A DNA stretch of 64,000 bases, taken from Macrostomum lignano. Its lineage: Eukaryota. The stretch is taken from assembly GCA_002269645.1 (NCBI GenBank), contig NIVC01000019.1, forward strand, positions 868,001 through 932,000. Direction: 5' to 3'. The notes under the pieces are model-generated. The model saw only the letters and a list, made by a program, of their open reading frames with translations, had not been told where the DNA came from and ran no database searches. Positions 12,701 through 24,007 of the stretch are shown here, piece by piece (the stretch's first letter is position 1; each line of letters starts with the position of its first letter). A program made the translations under genes and the position numbers.

Positions 12701-15700
12701 AAAACAAAAAATAAAATAATCGTAGTGTTAAGTATAATGCAAAGCTCTTATCTTTAGGTGATAATTGCACTAAAATTTTATTGGCTGATGCCGGTCACGT
12801 GAATAAAGCGGGCAGACGATATTCGATGGGGGTCGTCCTTCGGCGTTTCTAAAAATAGAAACAGTTTCAACCCGACCGGCCAATCAGATTTGTTAACCGA
12901 TTTTTAGTAAATTTAGGCTTCAAATGGTTCTACAAGTGCCAAAATGTACATTTAATTCGAGTATATATTTTACTCTTTTTTACCTCCTAATTTGTTACTA
13001 AGACTATAAAATTCTCTGCATCATTTTTGTGCATCAAAATTAATTGGAGTGAGCTCACGGCTATTTGTTATCGATCGATATGAATGAAAATTGTGAAATT
13101 CACACGGAAAAAGTGAGAAAAGTTAGCTGGGCACATCTTGCAAGTCATTTACCAGTTAGTTTGCACGCACGTCACTCTTGCTGTTAAGTCTTCTGTATGA
13201 TTAGAGATTTTGGAAATCGATAAATTAGGAAAGTAATATGGTTAGCGCCTCAAACTCAGAAGAGATGATTAGTTTAAAGCTTTAAGGAAACTGTGCGCCT
13301 AAGAATAATGCTGCAGTAGTATTGCTTTCACAAACTCAGTGGTTTAGTTTTCTTATCAATATCGCTGCCTACAGAGAGCTGCTTAGCTTACTAAATATGG
13401 GGAAAATTAGCTGTAGATAAATGCGGGATTAACCTAATGCTGTCAGCTGTTATCAGGTCAGGTGTATTAAATTTGTCGCATGGCGCAGCCAAGGTGAAAA
13501 GATGATGGATGAGCAGCGAGTTGAAAAAGCAGCAGCAACAGCGGCAGCGAAAGCAGTACCACGGAAGATTTATTGGCTTCCCCGGCGACACTGGCAGCTG
13601 CCAGACGAGCAGCTTCATCATCGCTGCCCAGACTCTCAATTGAGGCGGTCAGCGAGACCGCTGGCGACTGTGAGCGGGAGCGCTTCCGCTTGTCCCGCAC
13701 AACTGGCACCTTCAGGGAGCGGCTCTTCTCGGTCTCTGGAGATCCATGTGGAAGTTGGGCACCTGTCAGTCTCTCACTGTCTCTGCACCTATCAGTCTCT
13801 CACTGTCTCTGCACCTGTCAGTCTCTCACTGTCTCTGCACCTGTCAGTCTCTCACTGTCTCTGCATCTGTCAGTCTCTCACTGTCTCTGCACCTATCAGT
13901 CTCTCACTGTCTCTGCGCCTGTCAGTCTCTCACTGTCTCTGCACCTGTCAGTCTCTCACTGTCTCTGCACCTGTCAGTCTCTCACTGTCTCTGCACCTGT
14001 CAGTCTCTCACTGTCTCTGCATCTGTCAGTCTCTCACTGTCTCTGCACCTATCAGTCTCTCACTGTCTCTGCGCCTGTCAGTCTCTCACTGTCCCTGCAC
14101 CTGTCAGTCTCTCACTGTCTCTGCATCTGTCAGTCTCTCACTGTCTCTGCACCTATCAGTCTCTCACTGTCTCTGCACCTGTCAGTCTCTCACTGTCTCT
14201 GCACCTGTCAGTCTCTCACTGTCTCTGCACCTGTCAGTCTCTCACTGTCTCTGCATCTGTCAGTCTCTCACTGTCTCTGCACCTGTCAGTCTCTCACTGT
14301 CTCTGCACCTGTCAGTCTCTCACTGTCTCTGCACCTGTCAGTCTCTCACTGTCTCTGCACCTGTCAGTCTCTCACTGTCTCTGCACCTGTCAGTCTCTCA
14401 CTGTCTCTGCACCTGTCAGTCTCACTGTCTCTGCGCCTGTCAATCTCTCACTGTCTCTGCACCCCTCTCTGCACCTGTCAATCTCGCTGACTTTTTCCCC
14501 GTTGATTGACTTCCTTCAGCACACTATTTTGTACGCCTGCCAATTACCTAATCTCTGTACCCGTCTGAAGTTACGTCCGAAACCACTTCCTGCTAGCCCT
14601 TTCCCTCACACCAAAGTCGGGATCAAACCTGTTGAACGGCTTACCCGGATCAAAGACCTGCACCGAGGATTCGCCAGGCGGCAGCTCATTCAGACTGATC
14701 GCCCTGCGACCGCCCACCAGGGCTACAACGGGCGACCTGCTGCGGCCAGCCACTCTAGTATTCTGTATTATTACGTAATTTTTTGTATGCACTCTTTTAA
14801 TCTACTGTTAGTAGAAATGCATGCAAATTGAAGCAATTTTCGTATGCGTGACTATAAAAAATTGAAAAGTGGAATATAAAAGCCATCAAAACGACAGGGA
14901 AATAAATTCTGTGGGGATGCAAGGATGCAAGGAAATCGTCACACAAAGCATCTCCGCGTGGAAAAGAGTAGCAGAAACTCAAAGAAACTCAATTGCTGCA
15001 ACCGATAAACGACCTGATTTGACGAATACTCGGGCTCTGCAGCCGCTTTCGACTTTCGCTGCTTTTCCTGTCCTGCCATCTGCTATTTCGAGTAGTGCGT
15101 AAAGAAAGATATGCTGAAAACTGCACTCTTAAACAATATGGGTCTGTCTGTGTTTTGTAAGTAATTTTAGTATATTGAAGTAACTAAGCGAGTTAAGACA
15201 CCCGAACTCACCACTGGAATGTCGAAATCTGTCGATTTTGATTCGTCTTCTTCAAAATCGCTGCTCGTACGATTTCCTCCTGCAATGGTGAGAGAAGCTT
15301 GGCTTTTCACTGACGCATTTGTGACAAATAGATAGGCACGAAAATGATTGTAGAAGATCTTGAAGAATTATTAAGAACCAAGAAAAGAAGGGGGTTGCAA
15401 AGTTGGGATACTTTAAAAAAACGAACATAAATTTTGTAGAAGAATATACTGAAGGCCGAAGTTAATAAATAATAAAAGAAAATACAAAAATACAAAAGGG
15501 AATCCAAAAGCGGGGCACATCCTTTAATTAGGAGGGAAATCCCAACCTTAGAGGGAATTCCCTTAACTTGAGGGAAATCCCAACCTTAGAGGGAATTCCC
15601 TAAATTTGAGGTAAATCCCAACCTAAGAGAGAATTCCCTAAATTTGAGGGATATCCCAATCTTAGAGGGAATTTCCTTAATTTGGGAGAAACCCCAACCT

Positions 15701-18700
15701 TAGAGGGAAATGCCAGGCTTGGGGTGGAAAATTCCAAACTTGGAGGGAAATCTCAAACTTTAGGGAAATCTCAAATTTGGGGAGAAATCCCAAACTTTAG
15801 GGAAATCTCAAACTTGGAGGGAAATCCCAACTTTGAAGGGAAATCCATAAATTAGAGGGAAATACTAAATCTGGAGGTAAATCCCAAACTTGGAGGTAAA
15901 TCCCTAAACCCTAGAGCGGAGGAAGATCCCAAGACGAAGGTCAATCTACTTTGGACAGAGGACAGCTCTCCAACGCAGCGGCAAGGAGAAGGGATTCCCA
16001 GCGGCTCTCACTTGGCGTATTCGGATTGCTGACGCTCGGTCGGCCGCTCCGGCGCGATTCGATGATTTTCAGGCAGTCCGGGTGCGGCTTGGCGTAGTCC
16101 GAGCAGCTGCGCCCTGCGTGAACGGTTGGGGTCGCACAGGCGGTGTACTTTTGAGCATGCGTGGCTTACCCGTATTCATTTTTGTTTGGCAAATGGAAAA
16201 ACTTGAGCAGTTTTAAATTTGTGTGCGGATTTTATCCGTCTCTGATGGTCATTTTTTCTGTTCACTCTTCACCTGTCAATATCGCAGATTCTTTTCACCC
16301 GCCAATCTCACTGACTCTTCACCTGTCAATCTTACTGACTCTTCACCTGTCAATCTCACTGACTCTTCACCTGTCAATCTTACTGACTCTTCACCTGTCA
16401 ATCTTACTGATTCTTCACCTGTCAATCTTACTGACTCTTCACCTGTCAATCTTACTGATTCTTCACCTGTCAATCTTACTGACTCTTCACCTGTCAATCT
16501 CACTGACTCTTCACCTGTCAATCTTACTTTTCACTTGTCAATCTTACTGACTTTTCACTTGTCAATCTTACTGACTCTTCACCTGTCAATCTTACTGACT
16601 CTTCACCTGTCAATCTTACTGACTTTTCACTTGTCAATCTTACTGACTCTTCACCTGTCAATCTTACTGCTTATTTACCTGCCAATCTCACTGACTTTTC
16701 ACCTGTCAATCTTACTGATTCTTCACCTGTCAATCTCACTGACTGTTCACCTGTCAATCTTACTGATTCTTCACCTGTAAATCTCACTGACTTTTCACCT
16801 GTCAATCCCCACCACCATTTTAGTGGTTGCTTTCGGATAATTCCCTCTATAATTTATATCTATACCTTAATCTGTATATCCATTGACAAAATAATGTATA
16901 TCTGTCTGCGCTGGAATGCTCAGGGCCTAGCGTCAGACACTTTTGACTATTTAAACAGCCACTCTGGGAGTCTAGAAAACACCCTAGCTGCTGGAGCGAT
17001 GCAGAGGGGAACCATCTTGCAAATGCGATTTCTGTGTTTCTGTCAACAGACCCGCAGCATCCGTAGCCGTGAGGCTGGCTCCTTTGTCCAACAGCGCCGC
17101 CACCATGCTTGTCCGGCCGGACTCGCAGGCCAGCATGAGAGCCGTCCGGCCGTTTGAGTCCGTGGTGTCCACAGCGTCGGACATTGAAGACAGCAGCGCG
17201 GCCAGCGATTCTGAGCTGCCGTTTTGCACCGCCATGTGCAGCAGCGAGATCGACTGCATGAAGGAAGGAACACGGCGCTTTGATGGTGGCCTCTGGACAT
17301 GAGAAACGAATTTGGTGCGTGCTGGGGCTGGTAGAGGGAACAGGGTGCTGGGGCTGGTAGAGGGAACAGGGTGCTGGGGCTGATAGAGGGAACAGGGTGC
17401 TGGGGCTGGTTGAGGGAACAGGGTGCGGGGGCTGGTTGGGGGAACAGGGTGCTGGGGCTGGTAGAGGGAACAGGGTGCTGGGGCTGATAGAGGGAACAGG
17501 GTGCTGGGGCTGGTAGAGGGAACAGGGTGCTGGGGCTGATAGAGGGAACAGGGTGCTGGGGCTGGTAGAGGGAACAGGGTGCTGGGGCTGGTTGAGGGAA
17601 CAGGGTGCTGGGGCTGGTAGAGGGAACAGGGTGCTGGGGCTGGTAGAGGGAACAGGGTGCTGGGGCTGGTTGAGGGAACAGGGTGCTGGGGCTGGTAGAG
17701 GGAACAGGGTGCTGGGGCTGATAGAGGGAACAGGGTGCTGGGGCTGGAAGAGGGAACAGGGTGCTGGGGCTGGTAGAGGGAACAGGGTGCTGGGGCTGGT
17801 TGAGGGAACAGGGTGCTGGGGCTGGTTGAGGGAACAGGGTGCTGGGGCTGATAGAGGGAACAGGGTGCTGGGGCTGGTAGAGGGAACAGGGTGCTGGGGC
17901 TGGTAGAGGGAACAGGGTGCTGGGGCTGGTTGAGGGAACAGGGTGCTGGGGCTGGTAGAGGGAACAGGGTGCTGGGGCTGGTTGAGGGAACAGGGTGCTG
18001 GGGCTGGTAGAGGGAACAGGGTGCTGGGGCTGGTTGAGGGAACAGGTGCTGTACATTAACGACATACCGACTCATCCTTAGCCAAATTTGGGACTTTCTT
18101 TAAAAGCACTCTGATGCAGAGGGCTCGGTTGGTTTGTACAGCTCGATAAAGAGGCGTTCGATTCTCTTTGTCAACTACGGTGGCATCGGCACCCATAGAC
18201 AACAGAACATCCAATGCTCGTTCTTGTCCGTTTGCACAAGCAAGATGCAAAGCCGTGCTACAATGATGATTTACAATGACATGGTACGCGATATTACATT
18301 CTTTTAATGCTTGTTAGTTACATGAATTGATCTAGCTGCTATTCAATGGGTGGACTACTTTATTATTCCTAGACTCGAATTCGCTCCCTGATAATTTCTA
18401 TGATGACTGTGACTGTACCAATTAGGTTTCAGTAAGACCTTATGTAATATAAAAATTAATGATATAAATGATTAACTTGGTTTCTTTTGGTTCAAATTTG
18501 TGCAAATCTGAAGTTTTGCTTCCGCATTAAACTCATTTGAAAAGAATTAAACGTGCCAGGATTTTAAATAACTCATCAAAGTAATAAAATTTTATTACTG
18601 TTGACCTAGTTTCTTAAACCTAGCTTATACCTAGGTCAAGGCCAATATGAATGGCATAAGTGAAAAACGCTGACTTACCGTTTTTCCGAGTCCGGAACAT

Positions 18701-18878
18701 TGACATCGTTTTTAAAGGTATTGAGTTTTTTTATGTCTCCATTCCATGCTGCTCGATAAATTTTGTCAAGAGATTTTTCCTTGATGTTATAGCGACCATT
18801 TGATTCCTTGCTGGAACTGGAAGCTGGAGCTGTACCCGTGGCATCTTTCGACTTGTTCTTTGAAAAAAGCTTCATCAT
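4054..18878 (-). CDS. ANKRD26: ANKRD26-like ankyrin-repeat/coiled-coil protein, ~21 exons, ~1370 aa
   Basis: Exons (minus strand): 18878-18679, 18257-18068, 17253-17052, 16113-16012, 15309-15212, ~15082-15014 (uncertain), ~14722-14645 (uncertain), 13762 or 13735-13560, 12680-12231, 11749-11681, 11598-11494, 11417-11238, 10513-10340, 10242-9991, 9586-9531, 9407-9294, 9083-8607, 8041-7699, 6795-6557, 5632-5236, 4187-4054. Phases are consistent except exons 5-7. N-terminus MKLFSK...LDKIYRAAWNGD...RTALHLACANG...NRTPLYRAVQ is ANKRD26/POTE-type ankyrin. There is a coiled coil, a C-terminal KLRAELNRSISKHLES segment and a YLTYLKRKYLV* end that resembles the ANKRD26 C-terminus as I recall it. Confidence 0.8.
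4252..5200. repeat. Intronic minisatellite, ~42-bp unit GAAGTTTTGGGGTGTCGGTTTTAAGGGGTAGGCGGCCTGTTT
   Basis: ~22 copies in the last intron of the ANKRD26-like gene. Confidence 0.95.
5750..6212. repeat. Intronic minisatellite, 21-bp unit CGCAGGCACTCATTTT(AGCGC/CGATC)
   Basis: ~22 copies; two unit variants occupy separate blocks. Confidence 0.95.
6304..6506. repeat. Intronic minisatellite, 21-bp unit GCTGAGTGGGGCTTCGGTGTA
   Basis: ~9 copies, same intron as the previous array but an unrelated unit. Confidence 0.95.
6866..7672. repeat. Intronic minisatellite, 28-bp unit CAAGCCCCATCAATCCCAGCATCTTCAA
   Basis: ~28 copies. Confidence 0.95.
8108..8560. repeat. Intronic minisatellite, 22-bp unit CTTCAGGGTGACTTCAGGAGAG
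   Basis: ~20 copies. Confidence 0.95.
10678..11075. repeat. Intronic minisatellite, 20-bp unit AAAAGGTCAAGCTACCTTCC
   Basis: ~20 moderately diverged copies. Confidence 0.92.
11815..12160. repeat. Intronic minisatellite, ~45-bp unit TAGACACGCACCCATTTCTAACCCACCCACCTCACTCCCTACTCC
   Basis: ~8 copies. Confidence 0.92.
13760..14485. repeat. Intronic minisatellite, 26-bp unit CACCTGTCAGTCTCTCACTGTCTCTG
   Basis: ~27 copies abutting exon 8 of the ANKRD26-like gene. Confidence 0.96.
15530..15912. repeat. Degenerate intronic minisatellite, ~20-bp unit GGGAAATCCCAAACTTAGAG
   Basis: Heavily diverged tandem copies. Confidence 0.8.
16266..16806. repeat. Intronic minisatellite, 24-bp unit CTTCACCTGTCAATCTTACTGACT
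   Basis: ~22 copies. Confidence 0.95.
17328..18048. repeat. Intronic minisatellite, 26-bp unit GCTGGGGCTGGTAGAGGGAACAGGGT
   Basis: ~28 copies. Confidence 0.96.
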
Positions 18879-19445
18879 TTTTAGGCTGTGATTTGAAGTG
18901 TTTAGATTATTCAGACAAAACAAATGCGTTGAATGATGAATTTTGTTTTAAACTTTACATCATTTTTCACAATAGTCAAAAGATATGGATGGCAGGAAGG
19001 ACGGTATGGTGAATCAATTTTGGTGAAATAATAGAGAATTCGATTGATGTTAAAAAGTAGCTAACATACAAATTTTATGTCAAAATTTTAGCAATAATTT
19101 CAATATTATAAACGTAAAAAAATAAAAAATGAATAATGTAATGTTTTATTTGCATGTATTTTCTTTAACAGATGTTTAAAATCAATTAGCGTGGTTTTAC
19201 TGGGTACTTATTTTTAACTTATAAAGAGCACACCGCTCGAGTCACTTGCTTCGCTGAATCGCTCGCTCGCTCGAAGCCTGGCATCGTCGTGTATTAATTT
19301 TATATTTAGTTAACAGGCCTATATGGACAAGTTCTCGTCTTGACCAGCATATATTTCAGCGTAGGGTCTCTAGGCTAGTTTTGGGTTGGCTGGATTTAAA
19401 ATAAATAGGCCTAATATATATACTTTTTAATCCTGTAAAATTTTA

Positions 19446-19946
19446 GGCATAGTTCTAGTTTACTTTGCGATATTATTTTGCCTTTCGCTAAATTATTCCA
19501 CCCTGTTTTTGTCACTTTCCAGGTTCGGCTCAAGTGTCACAAGTCAGAAAAACAGTCAGTTGAAGTTGCCGAGTCACTGTCTTAAACAGGGTAATACACG
19601 GAAGCCCAGTAAAGCACGGCGCCGAATGCATTGTTCGGGTACAGGCGGCGCCAGATTACTCTTCGAGATGACTCTCGAAGAGTGCATCGCTTGTACCGTG
19701 CATTGCGCCCAGGCGCCTCTTGGCAAGGGCCCAGGTGCGACCAGGTCCACCCAGCTCTATTGGGTGGTCAATGTCGGGGCAGCTGGGTGGCTGGCCATTG
19801 TGCAGATTAAGCTGAAAGGGTTGTGGTTTGGGTACAGATGCAGAATATGCTATGTAAATCACATAAATGCAAAAAAACACAAAAATAATATCGCAAAGTA
19901 AACTAGAACTATGAAATAATATTGCGAAGTAAAGTAGAACTATGCC
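19446..19946 (-). mobile_element. Non-autonomous Merlin (IS1595/ISXO2-like) DNA transposon, family A, 501 bp
   Basis: Left TIR GGCATAGTTCTAGTTTACTTTGCGATATTATT at 19446. The inverted copy ends at 19946 and is tandemly duplicated at ~19884-19946. 8-bp TSD AAATTTTA/AAATTTTG. Frameshifted transposase C-terminus TWALAKRRLGAMHGTSDALFESHLEE / IWRRLYPNNAFGAVLYW on the minus strand. Confidence 0.8.
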
Positions 19947-20125
19947 AAATTTTGTATATGCATACGCAGTAATATAATGGTAATGCCTTCCTAGGGCATA
20001 GCTTTTTGACTTGGTGGACTGGAAAAACAAGACAAGTGGAGATGATAAGCTAAACTAGCTAGGCCCCTAAGAGCCAAAAGGCTAGATAGAGCAGAAATCT
20101 AAAAGCCTAGGTTTTAACTGTTTTG

Positions 20126-20556
20126 GGCAATCTTCTAGTTTCGCATGTTTAATTCAAACTGTTTTTAAAACAACAGTTAACGACAATTTTGTTTTATGTT
20201 TTATGCCTCAGATGCATAATAGTGCGCCACACAGAAAAGGATGTTCCCAAAGGTGTTGCGCAGGTGGCAGCGATGCCAGATAAATTTGTCCAAGTGGGTA
20301 TTGAACAGGGCCTTGGACGTGCCATGCATGGCCCTGAAATGGGCCTCAGCGTGGGCCCATGTGCCCTCCACTGTGTTCCTGTGGACTTCTGGGTGGTTAG
20401 GATCCACAAAGTGCAGCCAGTGGTTCACCATCAAATGATTGGGCAGTTTGGTTGTATGTCTGCCACTGGTCGATGATAATGTGAGTACCTGCTTTGCTGA
20501 AAATAAATAATTAAAAATGCTTTAAAAAATTAAATGTGCGAAACTAGAAGATTGCC
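20126..20556 (-). mobile_element. Non-autonomous Merlin (IS1595/ISXO2-like) DNA transposon, family B, 431 bp
   Basis: ~29-bp TIR GGCAATCTTCTAGTTTCGCA(T/C)(G/A)TTTAATT and a perfect 8-bp TSD CTGTTTTG (20118-20125 and 20557-20564). ORF 20201-20434 VNHWLHFVDP...NTVEGTW...HLDKFIW matches the DDE_Tnp_IS1595 C-terminal motif. Confidence 0.9.
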
Positions 20557-22249
20557 CTGTTTTGATTTTATTGTCAAGGAATCTGTAGTAGTAGGCCTAA
20601 TCGCGAAAGTTCGATGACGATACTATTTCAGTATTTCTAGAAATAAATAGGGGCCTAATTCATACTATAAGACTTGTACTTTTTCAAAGGTCACTACAAA
20701 TCAATTAGGGCCTAAGCCTAGGTTATTAAAAAATAAAGTCATGCCTTTTTAGCATATACCCAATGAAGCAATAATGGCTATTGTTTGGCTATGGCTATAG
20801 GGGGCCTATTATGTAGGGCTGGGACCTAAATGCTTAGTGAGTCATAGTGACTTAGACCCATGTCCTATGTTGATAATACTATCTTATGTCATATGATCTA
20901 TGATTATATATATGCACAACCCCCTTGAATTTACACTGGCTATGCAACTTACTTTTGTCCAAAAATGCAATTTGATTGTGAAAAAAACCATTGAGCAAAA
21001 ATTAACACAATTTTGGGTAGGGCCTAAATGGCAGGAGTAACTATAACTATCTTAGTAAGGCTAAATGTAGGCCTACTACTATCTATATTTTGGATGGGTA
21101 GTTTTGCAACTTACCTTTGGTTTACCACAATTTATGGTAGGGACCTAGCTAGATTGGCCAAGTTAGCTAGCAGTTAGCTAGTTAGCTAGCTAGCATATAT
21201 GTATGACTAGGCCCTATGGTTAGACTATGGGTATGGCTAGAAGTGTAGGACAGTAGGACCTATATAGGCTAGGGTAGAGCATCATTAACTAAACATAAAA
21301 GTGTCACTTTTCGACCTTTTGTCTCGCATAGAAAAAATGTTTCATATGTAGAGAAATAAAACATTTAATAGATGACAGCCTAGATATGTCTTGACACAAA
21401 ATGAGTTTTTAGAGCTAGGGTTAATTTCATAAAGCTACGAGTGTCAAGCATCAACAAATTTGGTTTTATAAACATTGTGCATTTCTAATATAGAAAATAA
21501 CTCATTTTTTATGTCTATAGTTGAACTATATGAAATTGATCTACTCTTTAGACCATAGATCAAGTTTTAAGATTTATCTTTCTTTGCTTTGATAGATTTG
21601 GTTGATAGCCTCTATGTTCTATGTCTAGGCCCTATCCATAATACTTTATTTACTGCAATGAAAGACAAAGAAAAAGCAACTTAGATTTTTTGGATTGCAC
21701 CTAGACCAAAAGGGATGTTTTGTTTGGAAGGTTCATTAGCACATTGATAAAAAAGGACAAGCAGAAAGTGACAGAAAATTTTAGAGGTATGCTCAGCAAT
21801 AGGCCATAGCTTTATGCCTAAATCAGCTAAATCACCATAGAAATATTTATGTTTGGAAAAATAAAGGCCCTGGGATTGAAAATTGATTCATTCTTTAAAG
21901 CTCTGCGCTGGTCCTATAGCCACTAGAAGCTCTGATTCTTCACCTTTGCTATTAGACAAGAAAAAATAAAAAAATATATAAGAAAACAATGTGATAAAAG
22001 CTACAAGTGTCATAGCAACTTGTCAAAAACATAGGACAAAAAGAAGTATTTTCACACAGAAACATCTAGCTTAATGCATTTCTATGGATAAAACCCCTAC
22101 AAAGTGCTTGTAATTTGCAAATTTTGCTTGTCACTTATAACTTTTCAATTTATAAAGTTGTAATATAGCTATTTTTATAAAATACATTATTTTACAGAAT
22201 TATTACTCATCACTTGTAATTTGTCTAACAAATGCTTTATGAAATAGGC

Positions 22250-22990
22250 CCCTAATAAAAGGGCTAGGAAACAATGCCTTTTGATTGCCTGCAGACAGTG
22301 CAGTTTGCCCAAGTTGAACAATGCTAAGTCCTAATCTATGCTTTAATATGCAAATTGATAATAGTGCCAGGAATCAGAATGAAAGGTTTAGTCCTAAGAG
22401 AAGAGCTAGAGGTGCTAACCTTTTGCAAGGACATCAGCTAGCTCATTCCCTTGTATCTCCACATGCCCCAGAACCTACTTAAGAGTAATTTTTGTTGGTA
22501 AAACCTAATATGTTAAGGAGTTTCATATAGTTATGGACTATAGCAGAGTTTACCCTATAATCACTGATAGCATGCAAGGCAGCTTGGCTATCTGAATAAA
22601 AAGTGATGTTTTTACCTTGTATACTAGTGGCAAAAAAGCTCTGCAATGCAAGAGCTGATGGCAAGAACTTTACCTTGGAAGACATTGGAGTTGACCCCAA
22701 TATATTGAGCATAGGTTGCAATCCAATGACCCATCTGTTCAAGAAGATTCTAACACCAAAGCTGGTGTTGACTGACTGCTTAAAACCATCAGTATAGCAG
22801 TAGAGCTCACTAGGGTTCCAGTGGTCATTGATGATATTGCACAGGTCAATAGCTAGAGTAGCATTGTCTCTAGTTGAGCATTGAGACAATGCCATTGGTA
22901 AAGATGCAATTGGTAAAGAGGCTTGACACTGGTTGAGAATATTGAGGCATAGGTTTACTATGCAGGACAAGGTTTTGTTTACTTTAGTTG
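22250..22990 (-). mobile_element. Decayed non-LTR retrotransposon fragment (RNase H domain)
   Basis: Broken frames give YCYTDG, ITFYSDSQAAL and *VLGHVEIQGNELADVLAK, matching the WVPGH-G--GNE-AD-LAK RNase HI motif of LINEs. Frameshifts and stops are present. Confidence 0.8.
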
Positions 22991-23024
22991 TGGCTTAGCT
23001 TTCATCTAGTTCATAAGGCTCCCC

Positions 23025-23805
23025 TTTCTAGCCTACCTTCTTCCTCCCTAGTCTACCCCCTCTCCTAGTGTACCCCCTCCTCTCCTGTCTATCCTTCTAG
23101 TGTACCCCCTCCTAGCCTATCCCCTCCTCTCCTAGTCTACCCCTCCTCTCTTAGTCTACCCCCTCCTCTCCTAGTCTACCCCTCCTCTCCTAGTCTACCC
23201 CCTCCTCTCCTAGTCTACCCCCTCCTCTCCTAGTCTACCCCCTCCCTAGTCTACCCCTCCTCTCCTAGTCTATCCCCTCCTCTTCTAGTCTACCCCTCTC
23301 CTAGTCTACCCCTCCTCTCCTAGTCTCCCCCCTTCTCTCCTAGTCTCCCCCCTCCTCTCCTAGTCTATTCCCTCCTCTCCTAGTCTATCCCCTCCTCTCC
23401 TAGTCTACCCCCTCCTCTTCTGGTGTACCCCCTCTTCTAGTCTACCCCCTCCTCTCCTAGTCTATCCCCTCTCTTAGTCTACCCCCTCTCTTAGTCTACC
23501 CCCTCCTCTTCCTAGTCTATCCCCTCCTCTCCTAGTCTATCCCCTTCTCTCCTAGTCTACCCCCTCTCTTAGTCTACCCCCTCTCTTAGTCTACCCCCTC
23601 CTCTTCCTAGTCGATCCCCTCCTCTCCTGGTCTACCCCCTCTTCTAGTCTATCCCCTCTCCTAATGTACCCCTCCTCTCCAACTCTATCCCCTCTCCTAG
23701 TCTACCCTCTTCTGTCCTAGTCTACCCCCTCTCCTAGTGTACCCCCTCCTCACCTAGTCTACCCCCTCCCAGACTACTTCTCTCCCAGCCTACCCCACCC
23801 TCTCC
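23025..23805. repeat. Intergenic pyrimidine-rich minisatellite, ~20-bp unit TAGTCTACCCCCTCCTCTCC
   Basis: ~40 variable copies. Confidence 0.93.
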
Positions 23806-24007
23806 AATTTCTATTCCTGACAGTCTATTCACCGATGCATATGCAATTTATGTACTGACGCAGTACTGACTACTGCCGACCAGTGCACCTTACGCATTGA
23901 TCCAATGCTGCTGCTGTTAATGCATTGACAGTGCCTGTATTGCTACTTGGCTAGTAAGCAAGTAAGCAACTCGTATTCCCTACGTAACTTTTTTTTCAAA
24001 AATATGC

